Positions 30,122 through 40,597 of a stretch of 64,000 nucleotides of DNA are shown here, piece after piece. A program made the position numbers and the translations under genes. Numbering within the stretch: position 1 is the first letter of the stretch; each line of letters opens with the position of its first letter. The stretch covers positions 211,581-275,580 of the forward strand of contig CAVTFV010000008.1 of assembly GCA_963734115.1 (NCBI GenBank), in the 5' to 3' direction. The notes under the pieces were generated by a model. It did no database searches. It was not told the DNA's origin and saw only the letters and a program-made list of their open reading frames with translations. The DNA comes from an uncultured Acidobacteriota bacterium (GTDB lineage Bacteria; Actinomycetota; Acidimicrobiia; Spongiisociales; ZC4RG35).

Positions 30122-31265
30122 ACAGTCGATCGCGGTTGATGACCGGACGTCTTTCATAGGGATGCTGGTCGGCTTCGGGGACGAGCTGCGGGACGCTGGA
30201 GTCCCGGTCGGCTCGGGAGATGTCCTCACCTATTGCGCAGCGATGGCGTTGCTCGACCCGGGCGATGTCCTCGATCTCTACTGGGCCGGCCGAACCTCGC
30301 TGGTGACACGGCGGGATCACATCCCGACATACGACCGTGTGTTCCGTACCTATTTCCTCGACCAACCTGCGAAGCCGAAGGGTCCGGCCCTCGCGATTCT
30401 GAAGCAGTCGCTCATCGAGAACCAATCGGTGATCGAGGTACCCGCCGCCGAGCCGGCACGGCCGGGCAAGGAGGAGGAGGCACGACTCGGGCTGATGGCC
30501 TCCGACATCGAGATCTGGCGGAACAAGGCATTCGCCGCCTGCACCGATGAGGAGCTCGCGGCGTTGCGCCGGATCATGAACCAGGTCAAAGTGATCCCAC
30601 CCCGACGACGCTCCCGACGAACGACCCAGTCTCGGTCCGGGAGCAGACCCGACCTTCGTCGCACCGTCCGCACCACGATGCGCACTCATGGCGAGCCCTC
30701 GGAGTTGTTTTGGCGACAGCGACGGCTTAAGACGCGACCGTTGGTCCTCATCCTCGATGTGTCGGGCTCGATGGCCGATTACTCCCGCAACCTCCTCCAG
30801 TTTGCCTATTCGACCCGGCGGGCTGCCACCAAGGTCGAGGTGTTCTGCTTTGGGACGCGGCTCACTCGCATCACGCGGGCCTTGGAGCGACGTCGCCCTG
30901 ACGATGCTCTGGACCAAGCGGCGAAGTCGGTCTTCGACTGGGAGGGCGGTACCCGGATCGGCGAATCGATCGACACCTTCGTCCGCCAGTGGGGTCGCAG
31001 GGGGATGAGCCGGGGAGCGATCGTCGTCATCTGTTCGGATGGGCTCGATCGTGGTGACCCGGCGGTCCTGGCCGCGGCCATGGAGCGGCTGTCCCGGCTA
31101 TGCCACAAGGTGGTGTGGATGAACCCCCACAAGGGCAATGACCCTGAGTTCAAGCTGACGACGCTGGGGATGATGGTTGCGGAGCCATACATCGACTTGC
31201 TTCTCTCCGGGCACGATCTGGCCAGTCTCGAGGAGCTCGCCGAGCGGCTGCCGGAGTTGAGGTGA
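30114..31265 (+). CDS. VWA-domain CoxE-like protein, second copy
   Basis: I placed the start at the internal ATG (MAEQSIAVDD), overlapping the MoxR stop by 8 nt. DVSGSM MIDAS motif. Confidence 0.85.
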   Translation: MAEQSIAVDDRTSFIGMLVGFGDELRDAGVPVGSGDVLTYCAAMALLDPGDVLDLYWAGRTSLVTRRDHIPTYDRVFRTYFLDQPAKPKGPALAILKQSLIENQSVIEVPAAEPARPGKEEEARLGLMASDIEIWRNKAFAACTDEELAALRRIMNQVKVIPPRRRSRRTTQSRSGSRPDLRRTVRTTMRTHGEPSELFWRQRRLKTRPLVLILDVSGSMADYSRNLLQFAYSTRRAATKVEVFCFGTRLTRITRALERRRPDDALDQAAKSVFDWEGGTRIGESIDTFVRQWGRRGMSRGAIVVICSDGLDRGDPAVLAAAMERLSRLCHKVVWMNPHKGNDPEFKLTTLGMMVAEPYIDLLLSGHDLASLEELAERLPELR

Positions 31266-31269
31266 GCCA

Positions 31270-31563
31270 GTGAGATGGAGTGTCTCCCTCCAGACCGAGG
31301 GTGATCGTGTGATCGAGCTAGACGAGGTGGTCGAGCTCGCTGACGCGGTGGCCGCCAGCGATGGGATCGCTTCGGGGATGGGCACCTATGGATACGGGGT
31401 CCAGGTCGTCGTTGAGGCCGATGACAGTGGTCACGCCGTGGAGCTGGCCATGGCGGTGCTCGCCGGGGCCGTGGAGAAGTCGGGTCTCCCGTCCTGGCCG
31501 GTGGTGACCATGGAGACCATCGCCGAGGACGAAGAGATGTTCTACGACATGGTCGAAGAGTGA
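31270..31563 (+). CDS. hypothetical small acidic protein (97 aa)
   Basis: The ORF lies 4 nt after the VWA gene. No recognisable motif. Confidence 0.45.
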   Translation: MRWSVSLQTEGDRVIELDEVVELADAVAASDGIASGMGTYGYGVQVVVEADDSGHAVELAMAVLAGAVEKSGLPSWPVVTMETIAEDEEMFYDMVEE

Positions 31564-31605
31564 TCCGTCTCGGATCGCTCGCCGGGTATCCCTTCGAGGG
31601 GCCGC

Positions 31606-32034
31606 GTGTTCTCGGGGGTTGGACCGCGCCGGAAGCGCCCGCCGTGTTTCGCGGTCATGTACAAGCCGGACCCGTCCCGTAAGCCCGAGGAGTACGGCGG
31701 TCCTCTACGTCGGGCATTCCGACGATCTCTCGACGCGAACGGCTCCCGTTCAACCACCCCAGCGCCGCATGCTGGCTCGAGCCGGGTGGGTGGGAAGAAG
31801 TTCGACCTCTACATCGGCACCTACGAGGCGCCCGGCGCCAACTCTGCGGCACCGCGAGCAGATCGTCCGAGAGCTGGTCGCGATCTACAAGCCGGGCTGC
31901 AACCCCGATCAGTACGACCAGGCCTGGGAGGATCACTGGATCGGGGATTACCAGACCCCGGGCACCACCGGCCCGCTGACGACTCGACGAGAGCCGCCTG
32001 GGGCCGGTGGCTGAAGATACCGACTAAGGCGTGA
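31606..32034 (+). pseudogene. decayed ORF with coding-like segments alternating between two frames and an internal repeat (AVMYKPDPSRKPEEYGG / VAIYKPGCNPDQYDQAW)
   Basis: ORFs 31606..32034 and 31619..32014 overlap in different frames. Each carries plausible segments (a YVGHSDDLSTR-like segment in one frame) and low-complexity junk in the other. Confidence 0.3.
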
Positions 32035-32876
32035 TCACCAGGGTGTCGAGAACGTCCTGCAACTCGGTCACGTCCTCCTCCGGTGACGATCCGGGCGCCC
32101 AGCTCGCCTCGATCATGACCGGGGTGCCCTCCACATCGAGGAACCAGTATTCGACCATATCGGCTGGGTCGTACCAACGCTCGTGGTCGAAAACGGGGCC
32201 CGTCCAGGCCGGTTTGACGTCACCGCCGCACCCGGCAGGCACCTCTCCGACCAGGTGGTACCCGTTGTGGCCGAAGGCATTGACCGGCGCCAACGCCTCC
32301 CGGACCGTCAATCCATTGGTGGCGATCTGGTTGGCCAGATCGGCCGCCGTCGTCCCCGCCGCCACCGGAGCGGTCGGCTCACATACCGATGACCACACCT
32401 CGTCGACCTCGACGACCAAAAGCGACAACAGAGTGCTCGCCGCCACCACCCTCTTTTAGCGCCCCGGATGAAAACACGTCCGTCCACCCGTCACCTTCGA
32501 TGACGAACGTGCCACGAGTCGCCGTCTCCTCGTTGCCGTCGGTGTCGGCGAAGTAGGCGCCGGGGGCGAGGGGCTGAAACTCGTCCGTCAGTTCAGTGGC
32601 ATTCGGGGCCGGCTCGGCCACCGAGGTGTCGTCCCTGGTCAAGAACAGGACGAGCCCTGCGACCAGGATCACCGCCGCCGCCGCCGCGATCCCGACCAGG
32701 GGGCCCCGCCGGCGATTGCGGTCCGCCTGGACCTCAGTCGGTCTGTCATCGATCTGCATTTCCGTTCTCCTCTCGAGAAGGGTCGTGAGGACGGGCACAT
32801 CCACAGGCTCGAGGGCGTTCAGGTCCGGCAGAGGATTTGCCTTGCGGACCATGCGATCGATCTGATCGTGTGTCAT
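32024..32876 (-). pseudogene. anti-sigma-like membrane protein with extracytoplasmic domain, copy 1 (one frameshift near 32440)
   Basis: MTHDQIDRMVRKANPLPD...TM helix (GPLVGIAAAAAVILVAGLVLFL) in the frame of ORF 32379..33437. The C-terminal domain continues in the frame of ORF 32024..32449. Total length is 3n+1. Confidence 0.6.
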
Positions 32877-33437
32877 GTCGCTCCTTCCTCGGCGACCGGA
32901 GGGGAAGGGATCGGCTTGATGAGGGGCTGGAGAGCCCGAGCGAGTCTCTGGTAGGAACGGTGGATTCTCTGGTCGACCGCGGACCTGGTCATGCCCATGA
33001 TCTCGGCGATGTCGTCCCTGGGCAGATCCTCCCAGGCGTAGAGCATCACGATCTCGCGGTCTCGTCGGGCTCAGGTTCCTAACCGCCGCTGCGACGTCGG
33101 CGTCGTCAGAGCTCTGGACGACGAGGAACGCCGGGTCGACCGGGGGAGCGACACCCAGGTTGCGCAACTTCTCGTCGAGACGTGATCTGCGACGAAAAGA
33201 TCGGGTGTGATTGGAGACCACCTTGCCCGCGATGCCGTAGATGTAGAGGAGGGTCTTGGGCGGCGGTGGAATCTCGTCGATCCGGCGCCATACCACCAGG
33301 AATATCTCGGCACAGACGTCGTCGGCATCGTGTGCTGCGACCCTTCGTATGCAGTAGGCGCGCACCTTCAGCGAGTGCTCGGCCCAAATCGCTTCGAAGC
33401 GAGCCCTCCGCTCCATGTCCACCGTCGTCGTCATCAA
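32873..33437 (-). pseudogene. ECF (sigma-70 family) sigma factor, copy 1 (frameshift between region 2 and region 4 near 33065)
   Basis: Region 2 (FLVVWRRIDEIP...LLYIYGIAG) is in one frame. Region 4 (DREIVMLYAWEDLPRDDIAEIMGMTRSAVDQRIHRSYQRL) is in another. The stop overlaps the anti-sigma ATG (ATGA). Confidence 0.65.
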
Positions 33438-33522
33438 TCAGTTCCTGTCCGGATACGACACCCCGTTGACAGGATTCTGTTCGAATCTCCACCCCTATGC
33501 CTGTAGGCGGGGATACAAATGA

Positions 33523-33552
33523 GGAACGGGTCGGCGTGTGCCGACCCGTTCC
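33523..33552 (-). terminator. perfect 13-bp GC-rich hairpin (GGAACGGGTCGGC-loop-GCCGACCCGTTCC) downstream of copy 2; candidate intrinsic terminator
   Basis: Sits in the roughly 150-bp spacer between copy 1 and copy 2, about 40 nt after the copy-2 stop. On the minus strand it is followed by UCAUUUGUAU. Confidence 0.4.
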
Positions 33553-33590
33553 GTGGATAAATCGATGGTGGCTGCCCGACTAGGGGGTGA

Positions 33591-34427
33591 TCACCAGAGT
33601 GTCGAGCACCGCTTGGAGCTCGGCCACATCCTCTTCCGGGGAGCTGGCGAACGAGGCCGCTTCGACCATGACCGGGGTCCCCTCCACATCGAGGAACCAG
33701 TAATCCACGACCTGACCGGTGCCTGGTAGAAGCGCCCGAATGTGGGTCCTTCCCAGACCGGGACTCTGGTCGCCCAGCGCACCCGGTAGGGATCTCGACC
33801 ACCAGGTGGTAGCCCGTCATGGCCAAAGGCAGTGACCGGTGCCAACGCCTCCCGGATTGTGAATCCAGCGGCGGCGAACTGGTTGGCCAGGGTCCTCCGC
33901 AGTCGATCCCGGCAGCCAGGGGTTCACCACCGCCACACGCCGGCGACCACACCTCGTCGACCTGGACGACCAGGAGCGAGACAAAGTCCTCGCCAAATGC
34001 CTTTCTCGCCCCCGCTGGCATGCGATGACCACCCGCTGTCTTCGATCACGAAAGTGCCTCCGAGCGACGACGCCTCGTCTCCGTCGGTGTCGACGAAGTA
34101 GGCGCCGGGCGCGAGCCCGAATCCATCTCGTCTGGGCTGATCCGGGTCGCATTCGGGGCCGGCTCGGCCACCGGGCGTGTTATCCTTGGTCAGTAAGAAG
34201 ACGAGCCCTGCGATCAGGATCACAGCCGCCGCCGCGATCCCGACCAGGGGGCCACGCCGGCGATTGCGGTCCGCCTGGACCTCAGTCCCGGGTCTGTCAT
34301 CGATTTGCATTTCCGTCCTCCTCTCCAGAGGGGTCGTGAGGACAGGCACATCGACGATCTCGAGCGTGCTCGGGTCCGGGATCGGGTTCACCCGGCGGAC
34401 CATCTCTCGGATCTGGTCGTGCGTCAT
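33591..34427 (-). pseudogene. anti-sigma-like membrane protein, copy 2 (heavily decayed C-terminal domain)
   Basis: MTHDQIREMVRRVNPIPD...TM in the frame of ORF 33924..34988. The C-terminal domain is fragmented across ORFs 33434..34021 and 33591..33845. Confidence 0.55.
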
Positions 34428-34988
34428 GTTCACTCCTTCCTCGGCGATCGGAGGGGAATTCAGTGAACTGATCTCCAGGACGGGCACCAGGGCCCGGGAG
34501 AGCTTTTGATAGGCGCGGTGGATCCGCTGATCGACGGCGGCCCTCGTCATGCCCATCACATCGGCGATCTCTGCCCGGGACAGGCCCTCCCAGACGTCGA
34601 GCATCACGATCTCCCGGTCGACGGGCTTGAGCCGTCGGACCGCGTCCGTCACGACCTTGTCGTCGGCGCGCTGCACGACGACGAGCATCGGGTCGGCGGC
34701 AGGCGCCATCCCGAGGTTGGTGAGCTTGGTGTGGAGACGGCCCCTTCGATAGAAGGCTCGCGATCTGATTCGACAGCGATTTTGCGGGCGATCCCGTAGA
34801 GACAAGGAAGGGTCTTGGGGGCCGGCGGTATCTCGTCGATGCGCCGCCACACGACGAGAAACGTCTCGGCGCAGGCGTCCTCCGCATCGGCCGACGAGGC
34901 GCGCCGCAGGCAATAGGCCAGCACCTGGTGCCGGTGTGCGCGCCAGATCGCCTCGAATCGAGACCTGCTGGTCGGTCTGCGAAGTCAT
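34424..34988 (-). pseudogene. ECF sigma factor, copy 2 (frameshifted; region 4 reads through into the anti-sigma frame)
   Basis: Region 2 is in ORF 34649..34924 (FLVVWRRIDEIPPAPKTL). Region 4 is in ORF 33924..34988 (DREIVMLDVWEGLSRAEIADVMGMTRAAVDQRIHRAY). There is no stop before MTHDQ. Confidence 0.6.
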
Positions 34989-35118
34989 TGCCCCTTAGTG
35001 TCCACCCGTGGTGGATCGCTGACGAGATTCTTGCTCAGATCTCGTGTCATGGGTCGCGGTCACCCGGACACAAACGGGTTGCCGGAACACCGGTCAGGTG
35101 ATCCGGAGGGGAAAGAGA

Positions 35119-35143
35119 TGGGCCGGGTCGGCCCCGGCCCATC
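35119..35143 (-). terminator. perfect 10-bp hairpin (ATGGGCCGGG-TCGGC-CCCGGCCCAT) about 35 nt after the stop of the last small membrane protein; candidate terminator of the cox operon
   Basis: GC-rich stem followed on the minus strand by CUCUUUCCCCUCC. Confidence 0.35.
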
Positions 35144-35176
35144 TCGACTAAGAGCACGGAGAGGATGCGACTCGAC

Positions 35177-35588
35177 CTACGAAGGCTCTGACGTATCGGC
35201 CAGGGGGGCGTGGGCCCTGCTCCCTGGGCCGTCCGGCATGTAGCCGATGGCGTCATGCAGACGTGAGCGGCGACGACCGGATGCGGGTACCGCCGGGCCT
35301 CGCTCCGGCACCGTCTCGGGGTCGTAGGTGGCCCCGACCACGATCTTCTCGGCCATCCCATATAGGAGGGGGAGTGCGGCTGCGACGACGCCTCCCGTGC
35401 GGTTCACGTGCTCGAGATTGCCTTCGATCGAAGCGGCGTTGCCGCCGATCTTCTGCACCAGGTCGTTGCACTCCTCGAGATTGGTGGCGATCCGGGTGAG
35501 CTGCCCCCCGACGATCCATAGATAGATCGCCAGCCCGGCGATGAGCAGGACGATGTCGACGACGGTGAAGATGCACCAGGTTGCTCAT
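35177..35588 (-). CDS. small single-pass membrane protein (DUF948-like architecture), 5th of a tandem array; 1-nt frameshift just after the start
   Basis: ATG at 35588 with AAGGTG 6 nt upstream, overlapping the previous stop (ATGA). Removing one base near 35570 gives MSNLVIFTVVDIVLLIAGLAIYLWIVGGQLTRIATNLEECNDLVQKIGGNAASIEGNLEHVNR, continuous with ORF 35177..35458. Confidence 0.5.
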
Positions 35589-35878
35589 GAGCGCACCTTC
35601 CCCAGCACCCGGCCCAGGAAGAGATGGTGCTCGAGACCCTCTGCGAGGACCAGGTCGACTCCGGCAGCAGTGGTGTTCAGCAGCTCGGCATCAGCGGTGT
35701 TGGCCTCGGCCTGGGTCAGGGTCGCTTTGATGTTCTTGACTCTCTTGTCGATTCTGTGGACGAGGAGCACAAGGATCGTGAGCAAGAGCGCTACGGCGAC
35801 CACGACGGCGAGGCCGGCCCAGTTGGCGATCCGCCACAGCGTCTCCTGATTCTCGGTCAGGGCAAAGATCACGGTCAA
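35585..35878 (-). CDS. small single-pass membrane protein (DUF948-like), 4th of array
   Basis: 97 aa with TM helix WAGLAVVVAVALLLTILVLLV followed by a polar helical region. Confidence 0.55.
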   Translation of the reverse strand: MTVIFALTENQETLWRIANWAGLAVVVAVALLLTILVLLVHRIDKRVKNIKATLTQAEANTADAELLNTTAAGVDLVLAEGLEHHLFLGRVLGKVRS

Positions 35879-36135
35879 CCTCCCAACCTCTGCCGGCCCC
35901 GCTTCAAACCCTCGATCACGTTGATCGCCATGGTGTTGGTGGTTGCCAGGTCGGCCAACGCCGCGGTGTTTCGCACCGACTCCTGGAGGCTTTCGTCGAT
36001 CAGCTGGGCCTCGTTCCCGATCTTGCGGGCCAGGACCAGGATCGGCACCACCAGCGCGACCACGACCAGGACGACGACGATCCCGATGATGTATCCGACC
36101 AGCCAGCCCGTGTTTCCCTCGAATAGTTCGCTCAT
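35875..36135 (-). CDS. small single-pass membrane protein (DUF948-like), 3rd of array
   Basis: 86 aa with TM helix WLVGYIIGIVVVLVVVALVVPILVLA followed by a polar helical region. The start overlaps the upstream stop. Confidence 0.55.
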   Translation of the reverse strand: MSELFEGNTGWLVGYIIGIVVVLVVVALVVPILVLARKIGNEAQLIDESLQESVRNTAALADLATTNTMAINVIEGLKRGRQRLGG

Positions 36136-36359
36136 ATCGATTCGCAGAAGTCGCTGACGGGCTTGAGGTTGGCGTTGACCGAGCCCACCACCGCGGGCAC
36201 CGTGCTGGTCTTGTCGGCCACCACTCCGACGCCGCCGGTGAGGGCCCGGAGCGTCCCGAGAGTGGCGCTGAGGTGGCCGATGACCCGCATCAGGCCGAGG
36301 GCCGCCGCGGCGATGATGAGTGTCGCGATCATCAGGGTCACGATTGCTGCTGCAGGCAT
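36132..36359 (-). CDS. small single-pass membrane protein, 2nd of array
   Basis: 75 aa with TM helix AIVTLMIATLIIAAAALGLM. Confidence 0.5.
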   Translation of the reverse strand: MPAAAIVTLMIATLIIAAAALGLMRVIGHLSATLGTLRALTGGVGVVADKTSTVPAVVGSVNANLKPVSDFCESI

Positions 36360-36374
36360 ATGACTCGTCCTCTC

Positions 36375-36629
36375 CTAACCCAGCAACTTCGCCACGGAGC
36401 CGGCGTAGCGGACTGCGCCGGTGGAAACGTCTTCGATCGCCTTGTCGGTGACCGCCAGCAGCTCAGGCACCCTGTCGACCTCGCCGATCAGGGCGACGCC
36501 ACCGCCGAGGATCTCATCAGAGGCACCCCTGATCCGCTCGAGAGCTGCCAGCACCCGATTGAGAAGTGCGACCAACACCGGCACCACCACCAGCAGCAGC
36601 ACCGCATTTCCGATCCACCACCAAGTCAT
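36375..36629 (-). CDS. small single-pass membrane protein (DUF948-like), 1st of array
   Basis: I placed the start at the internal ATG. MTWWWIGNAVLLLVVVPVLVALL TM helix followed by a polar region. It begins 10 nt after coxG. Confidence 0.55.
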   Translation of the reverse strand: MTWWWIGNAVLLLVVVPVLVALLNRVLAALERIRGASDEILGGGVALIGEVDRVPELLAVTDKAIEDVSTGAVRYAGSVAKLLG

Positions 36630-36639
36630 CAGCGCCTCC

Positions 36640-37221
36640 TCAGATCCGGTCGGGTTGGTAGGGGAGAAAGAACCGGCGCCCGACTCTCTTGAGCGCCATC
36701 CATGCCGCCGCGATGGCGATACCGAAGCCACTGGCGGATTTCGTCTGGATCTGGTCGGGTGAGACACCGCGGTCGTAGGCATCGATCCGCGTCTGCATGT
36801 TCGTGGCGAAGTCCCGCATCATCACCGCGCTCACGTCGCTGATCATGCCCCGCCCGTACTGCGCAGCGGCGCCGGACAACTCCAGGTCCTGCTCCACCTC
36901 CACCCTCGTTCCGTTGGCGGTGGGGACGAGGCGGGCAGTCAGCCCGAGGTTCGCCTGACCCCGGCCCTTGTCGTCGGCGCCCGAGGCGTCGACGACGATG
37001 GTCCTGTTGGCGTGATCGCGCTCCTTTACCGCGGCTTGTCCGGCGAATTGCATCTGGACTGGACCGAGCCGGATGCCGACATTCCCTGCGTATTGATCGG
37101 GGCCGATCTCGTCGGTGAGCGAGGCGCCAGGGAGACAGGCGGCGACCTGGGGGATGTCCTGACAGAACTCCCACACCTTGTCTACGTCGACCGGCACCTC
37201 GAAGTCATGTTTGATCAGCAT
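36640..37221 (-). CDS. coxG: CO dehydrogenase subunit G (SRPBCC family CoxG)
   Basis: 193 aa beginning MLIKHDFEVPVDVDKVWEF, with a C-terminal hydrophobic anchor. Confidence 0.85.
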   Translation of the reverse strand: MLIKHDFEVPVDVDKVWEFCQDIPQVAACLPGASLTDEIGPDQYAGNVGIRLGPVQMQFAGQAAVKERDHANRTIVVDASGADDKGRGQANLGLTARLVPTANGTRVEVEQDLELSGAAAQYGRGMISDVSAVMMRDFATNMQTRIDAYDRGVSPDQIQTKSASGFGIAIAAAWMALKRVGRRFFLPYQPDRI

Positions 37222-37222
37222 C

Positions 37223-38173
37223 TCATCCCCTGACTGTCATGTACGCGGAGGGGTCTTTCTCGAAGGCCGCCCGGCATCCCGGGCAGCAGAAGTAATAGGT
37301 CTGACCCTCGTATTCGAACGGGCGACTGCTCTCATCGGCAGGCACGGTCATGCCGCAAACGAGGTCTACGGCGGTGCCTGCGGCTGCGTGCTCATGGCCA
37401 TGACCGGAATGGTGGTGCTCGATGGGCATCGCGTTCGATTCCGCCAGGGGCGCGGGGTCGAAGGCACCCTTGGCCCGAAGCTCCACCAACTCGGCAAGAA
37501 CGGAGACTGCGATTTCGGGATGTGACGTGTGGCCGAGGTCGAGGCCTACGGGGACCCTCACTTGATCCAAGAGGTCACGGGGGACACCCCGTTCGGCGAG
37601 GTAGCCGAGGACCGCCTCGCCACGCTTGGACGAGGCTACGAGCCCCACGAAGGCCGGGCGCGCGTTCACTGCCTGCTCGACCGCCTCCTCGTCACCGTGA
37701 CCCTGAGTGGCGACCACCACGACCGACCAGCTGCCGACATGAGCGGTCTTGAAGTCGGGTACATCGACCAAGTCAGCGCGCCAGCCGACCCCGGCCGCAA
37801 GCTCCACCAGGGTGGCGGCCATTGGGGATCTGCCCACGACCACCAGGTGGGGGCTGGGAAGTACTGGCTCGACATAGAGCTGCAGCGCGCCCTCGGACTG
37901 GCACGACATCTGGACGAACGTCATGCCTTCGGCAACCTCGCCGAACTGGTCGGGGTCGCCGAGCAAGATCAGACGCGGGACCCGTTCTTCGATGGCGCGC
38001 TGCGCCTCCCGAACGACGACCGGCTCGGCACAGGCCCCGCCGATCCAGCCGTGCATCTGGCCGTCGGCAGTGATGATGGCCCGCGACCCTTGCTGCCCTG
38101 AGGAGGGCGCCTGGCGCCAGACCACGGTGGCCAGGGCGAATTCGACGCCCTGGCGGGCGAGATCGCTGGCCAT
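37223..38173 (-). CDS. XdhC/CoxF-family maturation factor fused to a C-terminal YHS (TRASH-like) metal-binding domain
   Basis: XdhC core (VPVGLDLGHTSHPEIAVSVLAE), a His-rich linker (HHHSGHGHEH), then CGMTV...YEGQTYYFCCPGCRAAFEKDP. The start has GGAGG 9 nt upstream. This gene was artificially joined to coxL in the 1183-aa ORF 37223..40774. Confidence 0.8.
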   Translation of the reverse strand: MASDLARQGVEFALATVVWRQAPSSGQQGSRAIITADGQMHGWIGGACAEPVVVREAQRAIEERVPRLILLGDPDQFGEVAEGMTFVQMSCQSEGALQLYVEPVLPSPHLVVVGRSPMAATLVELAAGVGWRADLVDVPDFKTAHVGSWSVVVVATQGHGDEEAVEQAVNARPAFVGLVASSKRGEAVLGYLAERGVPRDLLDQVRVPVGLDLGHTSHPEIAVSVLAELVELRAKGAFDPAPLAESNAMPIEHHHSGHGHEHAAAGTAVDLVCGMTVPADESSRPFEYEGQTYYFCCPGCRAAFEKDPSAYMTVRG

Positions 38174-38208
38174 CTCGATCATCCTCCACCCATCGGCAGG
38201 CTGGGCAC

Positions 38209-40593
<2,385 letters not shown>

Positions 40594-40597
<4 letters not shown>

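Larger units (their letters stand above)
32024..34990. repeat. tandem duplication of a roughly 1.45-kb module (ECF sigma + anti-sigma-like membrane protein); copy 1 spans 32024..33440 and copy 2 spans 33590..34990; the two have diverged
   Basis: The two halves encode colinear paralogous proteins and share DNA blocks such as GGTGATCACCAG...GTCGAGNACC. Copy 2 carries more substitutions and indels. Confidence 0.6.

Noticed and set aside
33434-34021. 195-aa ORF as an independent gene
   Set aside because: It is a frame fragment of the decayed copy-2 anti-sigma C-terminal domain (…LLVVQVDEVWS… matches copy 1). The rest is junk.
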